A stretch of 64,000 nucleotides of DNA, from the NCBI GenBank assembly GCA_020852715.1, contig JADZAE010000060.1, positions 8,786 through 72,785 on the forward strand. The letters run 5' to 3'. The stretch is from Deltaproteobacteria bacterium (GTDB lineage: Bacteria > Bdellovibrionota_C > UBA2361 > SZUA-149 > JADZAE01). The notes below the pieces were generated by a model, which searched no databases, was not told the origin of the DNA, and was given only the letters and a program-made list of their open reading frames with translations. The translations under genes and the position numbers were made by a program. This document shows, piece after piece, positions 19,730 through 30,393 of the stretch (positions are counted from its first letter, which is position 1; the number at the start of each line of letters is the position of its first letter).

Positions 19730-20794
19730 ATGACCCCTTTTCTTTTCATGTCTAAGCAAAAACTAGAAATTTTAGATTATCCGCGCAAAGCATTGGCTGC
19801 GCTTTTAACCGAACAGTTCGAGGTTGAGCCTTTTCGCGCTAATCAACTTTTCCCGTGGATATACCGCTCGCGGCATTTAGACTTCTCACAGATGACAGAC
19901 ATTTCTAAGTCTGTGCGTGAGGTGTTTAGTGAAAATTTTAATATCTATCGGCCAAAGCGCGCACAAATGCTTGCTTCCAAAGACGGTAGTTATAAATTTC
20001 TCTGGGAGCTCGACGACAGTAGTAATATTGAATCGGTTTTGATAAAACAGTCCAAGCGTGTAACCTTATGCCTATCTTCGCAAGTGGGCTGTGCTATGCG
20101 TTGTGCCTTTTGCGTAACAGGAACTTTGGGACTCAAGCGTGATTTGCAAGTTCATGAGATTATCGGACAGGTAATTGCGGTGCGCGATGCTATTGCCGAG
20201 CATGAGCTGGAAGATTTTGGCAATATCGTTTTTATGGGCATGGGTGAGCCGCTGCATAATATCGATAATGTTATCGCCGCGACAGAAATTTTAAACGACG
20301 AATATGGTTTTAACTTCTCCGGGCGTAAGATTACCATCTCCACATCGGGCTTAGTTAATGGCATTAGGCAGCTGGGGCAGAGTAAGGCTAAAGCTAATTT
20401 AGCTATTTCATTAAATGCCACGACAGACGAGGTGCGCAAATCACTTATGCCTGTTAATAAACGCTATCCTCTGGAAGTGCTCATGGCTGAGCTCAGGAGG
20501 TACCCGCTTAAAGCGCACCGACGTATTACGTTCGAGTATGTCTTAATTAAGGGGGTTAATGACAGCAGAGATGACCAAAAACGCTTAATTAAACTCTTGC
20601 GTGGCATACCTAGTAAGGTGAATATAATACCCTATAACCCTGGTGTAGACTTGGGTTATGAGACGCCGAGTAGGGAGGTTATTGTGCAGTGGCAAGAAAA
20701 TCTGCTCGGTGGAGGGCTAAACGCCACAATTAGGTGGTCAAAAGCCGATGATATTAATGGCGCCTGTGGTCAGCTTGCAGCAAAGCATAAATGA
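19730..20794 (+). CDS. rlmN: 23S rRNA / tRNA m2A methyltransferase RlmN (radical SAM).
   Basis: GCAMRCAFCVTG (Cx3Cx2C). The start is ambiguous: TTG at 19715 or ATG at 19730 or 19748. An AGGGG SD precedes 19730. Confidence 0.85.
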   Translation: MTPFLFMSKQKLEILDYPRKALAALLTEQFEVEPFRANQLFPWIYRSRHLDFSQMTDISKSVREVFSENFNIYRPKRAQMLASKDGSYKFLWELDDSSNIESVLIKQSKRVTLCLSSQVGCAMRCAFCVTGTLGLKRDLQVHEIIGQVIAVRDAIAEHELEDFGNIVFMGMGEPLHNIDNVIAATEILNDEYGFNFSGRKITISTSGLVNGIRQLGQSKAKANLAISLNATTDEVRKSLMPVNKRYPLEVLMAELRRYPLKAHRRITFEYVLIKGVNDSRDDQKRLIKLLRGIPSKVNIIPYNPGVDLGYETPSREVIVQWQENLLGGGLNATIRWSKADDINGACGQLAAKHK

Positions 20795-22227
20795 TGAAGT
20801 ACCTAACACAAAAGATTTCTCGTTTTAGTCACATTGTCGGCCATGTTTTTGTGGTCTTGTGGCAATCGGCGATTCGTTTTTGGTGGGATGATGGTTTTAG
20901 CCGCGCCGCTGCCCTTGCCTATACCACGCTATTTGCATTGGTGCCGATTACGGCATTAAGTTTACTGATGTATTCTTCTTTTGGGGTGGATAGGGAACAG
21001 GTTGGCAAAACAGTGGAACATGTTCTTAACCAGGTCTTGCCGCCTACCACCGCAGTTGAATTTGTGCCCAGCGCCAAAAAGACACCAAATGTCGCCCCTG
21101 ACGAAAGCAAGACAGTAGCCAAAATAGCTAACTATAATGTGCAAACGGTTCGCAACGAGCAGTTGTCGCGCTTGCGCGATGAAATCACCCAATACCTATT
21201 ACTGCTTGCTGATCATGCGCGGACTTTGGGGATTTTAACTATCGCCGTTTTATTTTTTATCGGTATCAGCTTACTCAATACTATTGAGAGTGCGCTAAAT
21301 ACTGTCTGGCGAACGAGTTCCAGTTTATCGATTGCTGCTAAAATTCTAAGTTTTTGGGCAGTGATCACGCTTGGCCCATTACTGATTGCGCTATCTATTT
21401 ATATTTCCACTAAGGCTAACAGTTTCGGGCTGATTAAATTTTCTGATAGTATTGAATATAGTTTCGCCTACTCTTTTATTCTCCCGATGCTGATTAGCAC
21501 GATGGCTGTTACTTTATTATTTTATAAGTTACCGGCTGCTACTGTGCGCATACGTGACGCGATGTTTGGTGGCATTGTTGCAGCGCTACTATTTGAGTTT
21601 GTTAAAATCGGCTTCTCGTATTACTTAACAAAGTCCTCGGGCTACAGTGCTTTATATGGGGTAATAGCGACTATTCCGCTATTTTTATTCTGGCTGTATT
21701 TATCCTGGGTGGTTGTTATCTATGGGGCTGAAGCTTCTTATCTGGCTGGTTCCATGTATGTACTGAGCGGACTTAAGCGCTATGTCTCGCAGCTTGGAGA
21801 GATGGGCGTGATTATGGGGCTAAGGGCGCTGTGTTATATCGCCCAACGATTTCTTAACGGAGAGCCGGCGCCCACGGAAAGTGAAATAGCTATGCAAACC
21901 GGTGCTGATCCTGTGCTGCTACGTTCGTGTCTTAATACTTTGTCCGAATCGGAAATCCTCTCCAAGGGAGACGAGAGGACAAATGCACGCACCTTGTTGA
22001 AGACTCCGGAAAAGCTACGTATCTCAGACGTCGTCCGAGCTTTTCGCACAAAAAAATATCGTCATTTATTAAAAGGCATTGATGACCCAATTGGCGAGTC
22101 GGCACAAATAGGAGCTGATGTGTATTTATTGGATCTTATTCGTCTGCGCTCGATAAAGAAACAAGATCAGCGACCGGTAAGTGATTGGACAATTCAGGAT
22201 TTATTGGCGGGGGAACAGAATAATTAA
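20791..22227 (+). CDS. yihY: YihY/BrkB-family membrane protein with a long C-terminal cytoplasmic extension.
   Basis: Polytopic core typical of the YihY family. ATGA overlap with the rlmN stop. Confidence 0.65.
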   Translation: MMKYLTQKISRFSHIVGHVFVVLWQSAIRFWWDDGFSRAAALAYTTLFALVPITALSLLMYSSFGVDREQVGKTVEHVLNQVLPPTTAVEFVPSAKKTPNVAPDESKTVAKIANYNVQTVRNEQLSRLRDEITQYLLLLADHARTLGILTIAVLFFIGISLLNTIESALNTVWRTSSSLSIAAKILSFWAVITLGPLLIALSIYISTKANSFGLIKFSDSIEYSFAYSFILPMLISTMAVTLLFYKLPAATVRIRDAMFGGIVAALLFEFVKIGFSYYLTKSSGYSALYGVIATIPLFLFWLYLSWVVVIYGAEASYLAGSMYVLSGLKRYVSQLGEMGVIMGLRALCYIAQRFLNGEPAPTESEIAMQTGADPVLLRSCLNTLSESEILSKGDERTNARTLLKTPEKLRISDVVRAFRTKKYRHLLKGIDDPIGESAQIGADVYLLDLIRLRSIKKQDQRPVSDWTIQDLLAGEQNN

Positions 22228-22236
22228 TATAGCGTA

Positions 22237-23064
22237 ATGGCATTAAGCGAAATTTTATTAGTTTTACTGTTGGGTGTGGTCGAAGGGGTAACTGAGTTTT
22301 TGCCGGTTTCGTCTACAGGGCACTTGATACTCACTGAGCATTTCCTTGAATATTCAGTTGATAGCACGCATTTTTTTGATATCTTTATTCAGCTCGGTGC
22401 GATTCTGGCAGTGATTTGCCTATACTGGCGGCGATTTATTAATCTCATTCCGTCGAGTGATGAGGTTTTTAAGGACATTGTCAGAAAAGGCGAGGGGATA
22501 AATGGCTTTGTCGGGCTAATTAAAATCGCGTTAGCTTGTAGTAGCGCTTTTGTGCTCGGTTTTATCTTGCACGATATCATAAAAGAAAAGTTATTCGCTC
22601 CAGTGCCCGTAGCCGCAGCATTGGTTGCTGGCGGTCTGGTGATGTGGCTGGTGGAAAGGAGTCATGCCGAGAGATGCGGCGACGAAATTGAGGGCGTGTC
22701 ATATAGACAGGCTTTTTTGATAGGCCTTGTTCAGTGTTTGGCATTGTGGCCGGGCGTGTCGCGTGCCGGGGCGACGATTATTGGTGGGATGTTGTTTGGT
22801 TTATCGCGCAAGGCTGCGGCTGAGTTTTCTTTTTTAGTGGCCGTTCCTGTCATGTTGGCGGCGACTTGCTATGATTTTCTCAAAAGCTACTCGGGCCTGA
22901 CTATGATCAGTGCGCAGAGTTATGTTTTAGGCTTTATTTGTTCATTTATTACTGCAATTATTGCCATTAAATTTATGATGGCCATAATTAGCCGCTTTTC
23001 TTTTATTCCTTTTGCTATCTATCGCATCTTATTAGGTATTCTGGTGCTTTGTCTGCTATTTTAA
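22237..23064 (+). CDS. uppP: Undecaprenyl-diphosphate phosphatase.
   Basis: VEGVTEFLPVSSTGHLIL and …PGVSRAGATI… motifs. Confidence 0.9.
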   Translation: MALSEILLVLLLGVVEGVTEFLPVSSTGHLILTEHFLEYSVDSTHFFDIFIQLGAILAVICLYWRRFINLIPSSDEVFKDIVRKGEGINGFVGLIKIALACSSAFVLGFILHDIIKEKLFAPVPVAAALVAGGLVMWLVERSHAERCGDEIEGVSYRQAFLIGLVQCLALWPGVSRAGATIIGGMLFGLSRKAAAEFSFLVAVPVMLAATCYDFLKSYSGLTMISAQSYVLGFICSFITAIIAIKFMMAIISRFSFIPFAIYRILLGILVLCLLF

Positions 23065-23185
23065 GCGCTAATTTTTAATAAAATTCTCTAACCACCAAAG
23101 AAAGTATTTAGTTTTTCTCTGACTTGTCCGAAAGAGGCCTTAGCTGGTCGCTAAGACCGAATATTTATATTGAAGTAATTGGTTT

Positions 23186-23587
23186 ATGAAAAAGAAGCTA
23201 CTTAAAAGCAAAAAGACTGCTCCTCGCAATCAAAAGATATTGCTGGTTGATGATAATCCGGATCATTTGGCATTATTTCGCTTACTCTTGGAGCAAAATG
23301 ACTTTCAGGTTGTTTGCGCTGATGGGGCAAAAGATGCCTTTCATGTTCTTGATGATAATGAAGTAAATGTGATTGTTTGTGACGTAATGATGCCGGAAAT
23401 AAACGGCCAGAATTTTATCGAAGAACTTCGTTTGCATAAACATTATGCCAATATTCCTATTATCATGATTACATCCGGTGCCGATGTTGGGGAAGTTGAT
23501 CTGTTAATGAGCGGTGCCGATTTGTTTTGTCCCAAAACCCAAGCCAAGAAAATGCTTGTTTCGCAGGTGAAGCTGTTACTGTCGTAA
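23186..23587 (+). CDS. Orphan single-domain response regulator (CheY-like receiver).
   Basis: KILLVDDNPD…VIVCDVMMPEINGQ… with the conserved Asp residues. No adjacent histidine kinase. Confidence 0.75.
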   Translation: MKKKLLKSKKTAPRNQKILLVDDNPDHLALFRLLLEQNDFQVVCADGAKDAFHVLDDNEVNVIVCDVMMPEINGQNFIEELRLHKHYANIPIIMITSGADVGEVDLLMSGADLFCPKTQAKKMLVSQVKLLLS

Positions 23588-23589
23588 CG

Positions 23590-23770
23590 GGCGTAATCGT
23601 TCACGCTTTTGGCCGACTACTTTGTCAGACATCGTGGGTCGAGAGCCGCTTTTGGGCTCTTGAATTGCTCCGCGAGTAGTTCGCTACACTACCGAATGGC
23701 TTCGGTTCTTGCTGAGAAGATAGCGAGTTCTTAGCTTTAAGAACCTTCGACGAGGGTCGCATAAGGATCC
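23590..23770. repeat. GC-rich repeat-like segment immediately after the response-regulator stop.
   Basis: GC-rich block with partial similarity to the left module of copy C (catcgtgggtcg vs catcatgggtcg). Confidence 0.35.
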
Positions 23771-24089
23771 TCAATTGGTGCTCGCCACTCGTCTTTAAAT
23801 AAGGAATATGCAGTTGCTCCTTTATTATTGTTAGCTGCTAGATGTGCTTCTAATGTCGCACCGCGCCTCGTATTCGGCTCAAAATCGCGACGGTTACAGG
23901 TTATTTAAAAATATAAATTTTTATCTCTTGATATGTTGTAAGTAGCTGCTTCCTCACATATTAATAAGTCGTCAACGAATACTAACGGGCAGTCATAAGC
24001 AAAATTCACGAATCCATCAAATACGTTACTTGAGAATATTCCGCGTAAGCGCCGGGTGCGGTAGAGCCGAAATAAGGAGATGCTACATA

Positions 24090-24235
24090 TTTTTGACAAG
24101 TCAGCGTTCCGCTTTGCTTCACTACTATCATGCGCACCCAGTAGCTGCCGCGGGCATGTGACGCGTAGGTGAGTCCGTTGTTGTCTAACGCTTACAACAT
24201 GGGTAGCTAATACTAGAATTCATTAAATACGTGCT
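24090..24235. repeat. GC-rich repeat, copy E.
   Basis: The segment ctatcatgcgcacccagtagctgccgcggg matches 33185-33215. Core ccgttgttgtctaacgcttacaacatgggtag at 24176-24210. Confidence 0.55.
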
Positions 24236-25003
24236 TCGGAAACATGTGTGTGAGGCTTAACCACTGTCTGTCAGCCGTGGCCGCAAAACTCTAAAAAAAA
24301 TCGATATAATCAGATGCTCACATACCTAACCTTATAAATCGGAAAAAATCTTTTATAAATGATACGCAAAATTTATGTTTAGCCATAAAGGTGCGGTAAA
24401 TACGGTGCGTTAAATACTTTGAGTGTTTGTTGCTGCGTTGGCAATGAACGGTTTTATATCTAATTTAACTAGAGGTTATATGAAGAAAAAATTAATATTT
24501 ATGTTAGCATTGTTGGGAGTAGTTAGTGCAAATATCAATTAGGCGTATGCTCATCCGGGTAATTATCGTTGCTATCCTGTGGCACCCCAGATTAAACTCG
24601 TGCCTAAAGTAATGTCTAGTCCAGATCCATTCCTGTTTTATCTTCCGACAACGGCAGGCTAATGTAACATAGAGTATCTAAATGCATCACAATTGAATAG
24701 TGGCTACCTAAATGGCAGGGAGTTTAAAAAAGGTTTATTATCAATACTCAGGGAAACTTACTAAAAATACATCTTATGGACCAAAAAGTGTAATTTTTTA
24801 AGATTTTAAAAATTCGAATGGTGGCTTAGTTGCCTGGTAGCCAAAGGATATATCTGCGGATTCCGAAGAGGAGGGAGCGAAACTTTGTGAAGCATATAAT
24901 ATAGACGAGGCTGAACAATTTGCAAAAAAATTTAGACGCACAATAATAAATAAGTGCAGTGCCTTGAAATAGTTATCTAAAAACAAAAATAGATGCTCCG
25001 ATG

Positions 25004-25045
25004 GCGCGGTAATGTTTTTAAAATATTACCGCGCTTTGTTGTTTT
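25004..25045. terminator. Bidirectional rho-independent terminator.
   Basis: Perfect 10-bp stem gcgcggtaat/attaccgcgc with a T-run on the plus side. Lies immediately 3' of the minus-strand gene ending at 25044. Confidence 0.6.
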
Positions 25046-26069
25046 ACGAAATCTGCTCTTGTGCGGGTTTGGCGCTTTCCATAATTTTGCCTTTTAGCTT
25101 GGTGAATTTATCGCTAACTTTGGTTAGCACTTGGTCCAGGTCGAGGTTGATTGGCTGATTCTGAGCATTTTTATGAAAGGTTAGCGCCACCATTACTAGG
25201 AATATTGGGTGCAGTATTGCGGCGCGGACACCGGCGGTAATGGGGATAGCGATGACCCAAGCAAAACTTGATAAATCCCCGGGTAACATCCACGAGATGA
25301 TGTAAGCGGGGATAAGGGCAATAAGAAAGACAATGCCGGTAATCACATATTCGATAACTAAGGCGGTGACGGCTGTTTTGAGGATAGGTTTAACATTTGC
25401 CGCATAGTAAACAAGACCGTCAGCTGAAGAGCGCCAAACATTTTCGTCACCACGGGCGAGGGTATAGCTCATAATTGTCTCATCAATGAAAGTTGTGGCG
25501 TTATCAACTATTTTGTGAACAACATTCATGATGCTATCCATGCCGGGGATAGGAAGAATATTGCTAATCCAGTCCAACGTTCCGTTGAAAGCGCGAGCAA
25601 CTCCCGTGACAATAGAATCTAGGGCAAACATGACATTGGTTTGCGCAAATCTTTCAGTGACAATTTTTTTGCCGTATTCGACTTGATTAATCCCGGCTGG
25701 TAGCTCACCGACAGTGATTAGCTTTGTCAGCACGGCGACATGACCGGCTTTAAGCATGTAAAGAACATATTGCTTTAGCCAGTAAAAAATTCCGGCCGGT
25801 GCGCCAATAGCAATGATGAAGAAAATAACACCGCCACCGCCTTTGTCGTCTTTTCCGGAAAACAGATAAGCTATGCCAAAACAGAGTGCCGCCCAGATAA
25901 CAGCAGCTATGGTAAAAGCCAGATAAGCCCCGATTCGCATGAGCATGTATGGCAGGGTCTTCATACAGAGATTAAATGCTGCCATGAAGCCTTCCTCTTT
26001 GAAGATTACTGGGTAGCTATGTCTTACTGCTAGATCGGGATGAGAATAGGATTGTGTCTGCTCGTTCAT
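25044..26069 (-). CDS. Hypothetical polytopic membrane protein.
   Basis: Multiple TM helices. The start is uncertain. Confidence 0.45.
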   Translation of the reverse strand: MNEQTQSYSHPDLAVRHSYPVIFKEEGFMAAFNLCMKTLPYMLMRIGAYLAFTIAAVIWAALCFGIAYLFSGKDDKGGGGVIFFIIAIGAPAGIFYWLKQYVLYMLKAGHVAVLTKLITVGELPAGINQVEYGKKIVTERFAQTNVMFALDSIVTGVARAFNGTLDWISNILPIPGMDSIMNVVHKIVDNATTFIDETIMSYTLARGDENVWRSSADGLVYYAANVKPILKTAVTALVIEYVITGIVFLIALIPAYIISWMLPGDLSSFAWVIAIPITAGVRAAILHPIFLVMVALTFHKNAQNQPINLDLDQVLTKVSDKFTKLKGKIMESAKPAQEQIS

Positions 26070-26086
26070 GCTACCCTCCTTAAGGG

Positions 26087-27304
26087 TTATTGCTGTCGAT
26101 AATCAGTTAAAAATCTTTCAAATCGCTCGATTACTTTTTGTAAATAATCAACTGGCGGTAAGAATACTAGGCGAAAATGATCGCAGCTAGACCAGTTGAA
26201 ACCACTGCCGCCGACAATGAGGACATGCTCTTGTCTGAGAAAATCGAGCACAAACTGTTGGTCATTAGAGATGTTAAAACGCGCCGTGTCGATTTTGGGG
26301 AACATATACATGGCACCGCGGGGCTTAACGCAGCTGATACCGGGGATGCTTACAATTCTTTCGTATAAATAATTGCGTTGTTCGTATAATCTGCCCCCGG
26401 GGATAATTAAATCGTTGATGCTCTGATAGCCGCCGAGGGAGGTTTGAATGGCATATTGTGCTGGTACATTTGAGCATAAGCGCATTGAGGCCAGAAGCGC
26501 CACGCCTTCGATGAAGTCCGTGGCTATGCTTTTTTTGCCATTAAACATCATCCAGCCACTACGATAACCGGCAGCACGATAAGCTTTGGAGAGGCCATTA
26601 AAAGTTACAATCAGAGCTTCGTCGGTAAGGGCGGCCATATTTACATGCCGGGCGTCATCGTAAATTATTTTCTCGTAAATCTCATCAGCAAAAATTATTA
26701 ACTCTTTTTCGACAGCTAGTTTTACAATTTGCTCGAGAATTTCTTTGCAGTAAACGGCGCCCGTGGGGTTATTGGGGTTAATAACAACAATGCCCTTGGT
26801 TTTGTCCGTGATCTTCGAGCGAATATCATTTATGTCGGGCTGCCAGTCGGAAGCTTCATCGCACATATAGTGAACCGGTTTTCCGCCGGATAGAGTTACG
26901 GCAGCTGTCCAGAGCGGATAATCAGGGGAGGGAATAAGCATTTCGTCGCCGCTGTTTAAGAGCGCTTGCATGGCTATGCAGATTAGCTCACTAACGCCGT
27001 TGCCGAGAAAAATATCTTCTATCTCCACGTCCATGATGCCCTTGGACTGGTAGTATTGCATGATTGCTTTGCGGGCGGGAAATATTCCTTTGGAGTCGCT
27101 ATAGCCTTGGGCATTGGGCAGGTTAAGTATCATATCGTGAATGACTTCTTCCGGCGCTTCAAAGCCGAAAGGTGCGGGGTTGCCGATATTCATTTTAAGA
27201 ATCTTATAACCTTCCTGCTCTAGTTTTTGTGCTTCCTTCAGGATAGGCCCACGTATGTCATATACCACATTTTCGAGTTTTTGCGATTTTAGAATTTGTT
27301 TCAT
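26087..27304 (-). CDS. Class I/II aminotransferase (AlaA-like glutamate-pyruvate aminotransferase).
   Basis: …LNIGNPAPFGFEAPEEV… is close to E. coli AlaA. A PLP-lysine context SKAYRAAGYRSGW. Start set at MKQIL (27304) because the longer ORF would run through the terminator at 27322-27357. Confidence 0.8.
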   Translation of the reverse strand: MKQILKSQKLENVVYDIRGPILKEAQKLEQEGYKILKMNIGNPAPFGFEAPEEVIHDMILNLPNAQGYSDSKGIFPARKAIMQYYQSKGIMDVEIEDIFLGNGVSELICIAMQALLNSGDEMLIPSPDYPLWTAAVTLSGGKPVHYMCDEASDWQPDINDIRSKITDKTKGIVVINPNNPTGAVYCKEILEQIVKLAVEKELIIFADEIYEKIIYDDARHVNMAALTDEALIVTFNGLSKAYRAAGYRSGWMMFNGKKSIATDFIEGVALLASMRLCSNVPAQYAIQTSLGGYQSINDLIIPGGRLYEQRNYLYERIVSIPGISCVKPRGAMYMFPKIDTARFNISNDQQFVLDFLRQEHVLIVGGSGFNWSSCDHFRLVFLPPVDYLQKVIERFERFLTDYRQQ

Positions 27305-27321
27305 AGTTTCTTGTTTAAAGT

Positions 27322-27357
27322 CCAAAAAAAACGGCGGGGTCACCGCCGTTTTTATTT
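27322..27357. terminator. Bidirectional rho-independent terminator downstream of the dsbA-like gene.
   Basis: Stem aacggcgg/ccgccgtt with loop ggtca, flanked by an A-run and a T-run. Confidence 0.7.
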
Positions 27358-27372
27358 AAGAAATGTTAGCAA

Positions 27373-28140
27373 TTATTTCTTAGCTGACTTAGCTAGCCAT
27401 TTATCAATGATGCTCTTAAAGTAGGGTAGCGGACGAGCGCCACGAACCTGAACGCCATTAACAAAATAGCCGGGGGTTCCTTGAACGCCAAGCTTGGTTG
27501 CTATTTCTGCTTCATCTTTAACTTGTTTTGCTAACTTTTCGCTCTTCAGGTCAGCCTTAAACTTAGCAACATCAAGTTTTAACTGCTCGGCGAGCTTGAT
27601 GTAGGTTTCATCACCCAAAGTTTGTTGGTTGGCAAAAAGCTGATCATGCATTTCCCAGAACTTGCCCTGCTGATGAGCAGCTAACGCGGCGATAGCTGCA
27701 CCCTCGGCTTTGTCATGGAAAGGTAGAGGGTAATTCATGAAAGCAACTTTAACATCGTTCGGGTATGCTTTCAGAATTTCTTCCATTACGCCTGCTCCAC
27801 GACGGCAATAAGGGCATTGAAAATCGGAAAATTCCACAACGGTAATAGCGGCGTCGGCTTTGCCTTTAATCGGAGCAGAACCGATTTCAACTTTTACCGG
27901 ATTTTCAAACTGCGCATCCATCTCTGCTTCTTCAGATTTGGCTTGAGCCTCTTGCTGTTGCTGTTGTTTTTTCATGAAATAACGCTCCAAAGCATTGCCG
28001 ATCTTTTCGACATTTGCTTCGTTGGCCAGATAAGTATCCATTTGCTTAGCAAAGTCGGCATCAGCGGCTTGAGCCGGTCCTGCATAGTTGAAAGCCAGCA
28101 GGCCAAGAAGAAGAGAATTTAATCCAAGATTTTTTAACAT
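27373..28140 (-). CDS. DsbA-family thiol:disulfide oxidoreductase (Com1/DsbA2-like) with signal peptide.
   Basis: Signal peptide, FSDFQCPYCRR thioredoxin active site, and an N-terminal Q-rich coiled segment. Confidence 0.8.
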   Translation of the reverse strand: MLKNLGLNSLLLGLLAFNYAGPAQAADADFAKQMDTYLANEANVEKIGNALERYFMKKQQQQQEAQAKSEEAEMDAQFENPVKVEIGSAPIKGKADAAITVVEFSDFQCPYCRRGAGVMEEILKAYPNDVKVAFMNYPLPFHDKAEGAAIAALAAHQQGKFWEMHDQLFANQQTLGDETYIKLAEQLKLDVAKFKADLKSEKLAKQVKDEAEIATKLGVQGTPGYFVNGVQVRGARPLPYFKSIIDKWLAKSAKK

Positions 28141-28342
28141 AGAGTTTTCCTTTATTGATATCTGAATTGTCTAAAACGTTTACGTAACACTCAAACTAGC
28201 GTATAGACGCCGCCGATGAGCATTGATTCTTTGAAATGTTTACAGAATTGCAATAGTTTTCACAAACCAAAACACCGCAATGCTCGGCTGAGAATAAACT
28301 CGGTTTTGATATTAGAATACGAGGAATTAATCGGAATTATTC

Positions 28343-29509
28343 ATGAGTAAACTGAGAATAGCTTTATGTGGAACAAGGGGAATTCCCGCCTGTTATGGTG
28401 GGTTTGAAACATTTGCGGAACAGGTATCGGAGAGACTAGTTAAACGCGGCCATGAGGTGACAGTCTACGGTAGAAAGCACGTTATTAAATACGATCAATC
28501 GACTTATAAGGGCGCTAAAATTCGCCTGATTCCAGCGCCTAAATCGAAATATTTAGAAACTCCAATTCATACTTTGCTAAGCCTTATTGACGTTGTGCTT
28601 CGTAGGCAAACCGATGTTGTGCTTGTTTGTAATGCGGCCAATAGTGCTTTTTTATGGCTGCCGCGACTTTTTGGCATTCCTGTGGCGGTAAACGTTGATG
28701 GGATTGAAAGACTACGTGCAAAATGGAATAGCCTGGGTAAGCTTTGGTATCGGATAGGTGAGCAATGCTCAGTATGGTTTGCTTCAGCTGTTATTTCGGA
28801 TGCACAGGTAATAGCTGACTATTATCAAGAGAATTATAACAGTTCCTCGACTGTTATCCCGTATGGTTGTGATCGAAGTTGCGATAAATTTGTTGATGAT
28901 AAACTAAATGATTTGTATTCGGGGATCAGCGAAAATGCTGCCTTTAGTGTTTACGAGAAGCTGGGGATTAAGCCTAACGAGTATTTGCTTTATTTAAGTC
29001 GCTTAGAGCCGGAGAACAATGCACATGTAGTAATTGAAGCCTATAATAGGCTGCCGGAAAGGATGAAAAATTATCCTTTAATAATTGTTGGCGATGCGCC
29101 TTATGCCGATCAATACAAGGCAAAAATAAGACAAATGGCGGGCTCCGGAGTGTCATTTGTCGGGGCGCACTTCGGAGCTGCCTATAGTGCCTTACAAATA
29201 GGAGCCAGAGTTTACTTACAGGCTACAGAAGTGGGTGGCACACATCCGGCTTTAGTTGAAAGCATGGGTTATGGGAATTGCATTGTAGCTAACGGCACGC
29301 CTGAGCATTATGAAGTCTTGGCCGATACCGGCGTGTTTTACAATAAGAATGATGCAGGTCATTTGTGTGAGCAACTTCGATATTTGCTGGAAAAATCAGA
29401 GGAAATTAAGAAGTTCAGGAAACTGGCGGCTGCGCGTGCCCGAAGTGTTTATGACTGGGACGTCGTGACTACTGCTTACGAAGGGCTATTGCAAAGTATA
29501 TGCCGCTGA
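28343..29509 (+). CDS. Glycosyltransferase family 4 (DUF1972-type N-terminus).
   Basis: MSKLRIALCGTRGIP…GGFETF… N-terminus and a GT4 C-terminal domain. Confidence 0.7.
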   Translation: MSKLRIALCGTRGIPACYGGFETFAEQVSERLVKRGHEVTVYGRKHVIKYDQSTYKGAKIRLIPAPKSKYLETPIHTLLSLIDVVLRRQTDVVLVCNAANSAFLWLPRLFGIPVAVNVDGIERLRAKWNSLGKLWYRIGEQCSVWFASAVISDAQVIADYYQENYNSSSTVIPYGCDRSCDKFVDDKLNDLYSGISENAAFSVYEKLGIKPNEYLLYLSRLEPENNAHVVIEAYNRLPERMKNYPLIIVGDAPYADQYKAKIRQMAGSGVSFVGAHFGAAYSALQIGARVYLQATEVGGTHPALVESMGYGNCIVANGTPEHYEVLADTGVFYNKNDAGHLCEQLRYLLEKSEEIKKFRKLAAARARSVYDWDVVTTAYEGLLQSICR

Positions 29510-29810
29510 TTTTGGGCTGACCAATATTTTTACAGCCATTTACAGTCCAGTGCTATTTTGTCGGCAAAAAGGATTGTTTAGAAAAAACTTTTTGCTCACG
29601 AAAAAGATTCTTTACAGATTAAGAAAAACAAACTAGAACAGCGACGATTGCGTTTTGAGGTCTGAAAAATGGGTACGAAACGTAGATCTTTCACGGTGAG
29701 GTCATAGGGAGAACAGTTTTTGATCTGCTGCTGATCAAGAAGCCTGTGGAAAACAAAAACTAAAAATGTTTTTGGTCGAAAGTGGAAGCGTAGGCGGGGA
29801 GGTGGATTGC

Positions 29811-29819
29811 TGATACAAT
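29811..29819 (+). promoter_or_regulatory. Putative extended -10 element (TGaTACAAT) upstream of the HU-like gene.
   Basis: TGnTACAAT lies ~83 nt upstream of the GTG start. The -35 element is weak. Confidence 0.25.
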
Positions 29820-29901
29820 CTGAGTTCCGGCGACGCTTTGTTTGGTAAACTGTGAGTGCAGCATAAAGAATGCGGCTCACTTAATATAATGAGGTGATTC
29901 C

Positions 29902-30366
29902 GTGGCTATTAAGAAAGCAAAAAAAGCCGCTAAAAAAGCGCAAACAAAGAAAGCTACTAAGAAAGCTCCAGCAAAAAAAAAAGTAGTTGCAAAAAAGACT
30001 GTTGTTGTAAAAGCCGCTCCTAAGAAACCGGTACCAATGCCACCTAGTCGGCCAGTTATTGTTACTCCTAAGAATGGCGCTACAAAGCAGTTCACTCAGA
30101 GTGAGTTGTTTCAGTGCTTACAGGGATCATGTGGTTTTCACACTAAGGCTGAAGCCAAGGCATATTACGAAGGCTTCACCAGCATGATTCAGACCGCTTT
30201 GAAAAAGGGTTATAAACTGATGCTTCCGGGATTAGGGAAAATTCAAGTTCGTACCAGCAAAGCTCGTATGGGCCGTAACCCGATGACTGGCGAGGAGATA
30301 AGGATTCCGGCACGTCGTAAAGTGCGCTTTACTCCGCTAAAGGCATTGAAGGATGCAGTACTTTAA
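29902..30366 (+). CDS. HU/IHF-family DNA-binding protein with a histone H1-like Lys/Ala-rich N-terminal tail.
   Basis: N-terminal ~60 aa AIKKAKKAAKKAQTKKATKKAPAKKK… followed by an HU fold (…GFGKF… equivalent, RNPMTGEEIRIPARRKVRF). GTG start with a GAGGTGA SD. Confidence 0.8.
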   Translation: MAIKKAKKAAKKAQTKKATKKAPAKKKVVAKKTVVVKAAPKKPVPMPPSRPVIVTPKNGATKQFTQSELFQCLQGSCGFHTKAEAKAYYEGFTSMIQTALKKGYKLMLPGLGKIQVRTSKARMGRNPMTGEEIRIPARRKVRFTPLKALKDAVL

Positions 30367-30393
30367 TTAATCTTTAAAGTAACTGTTGCTATT

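Noticed and set aside
29590-29640. Short AT hairpin cttttt-gctcacg-aaaaag in the HU leader.
   Set aside because: Six A/T base pairs only, thermodynamically negligible.
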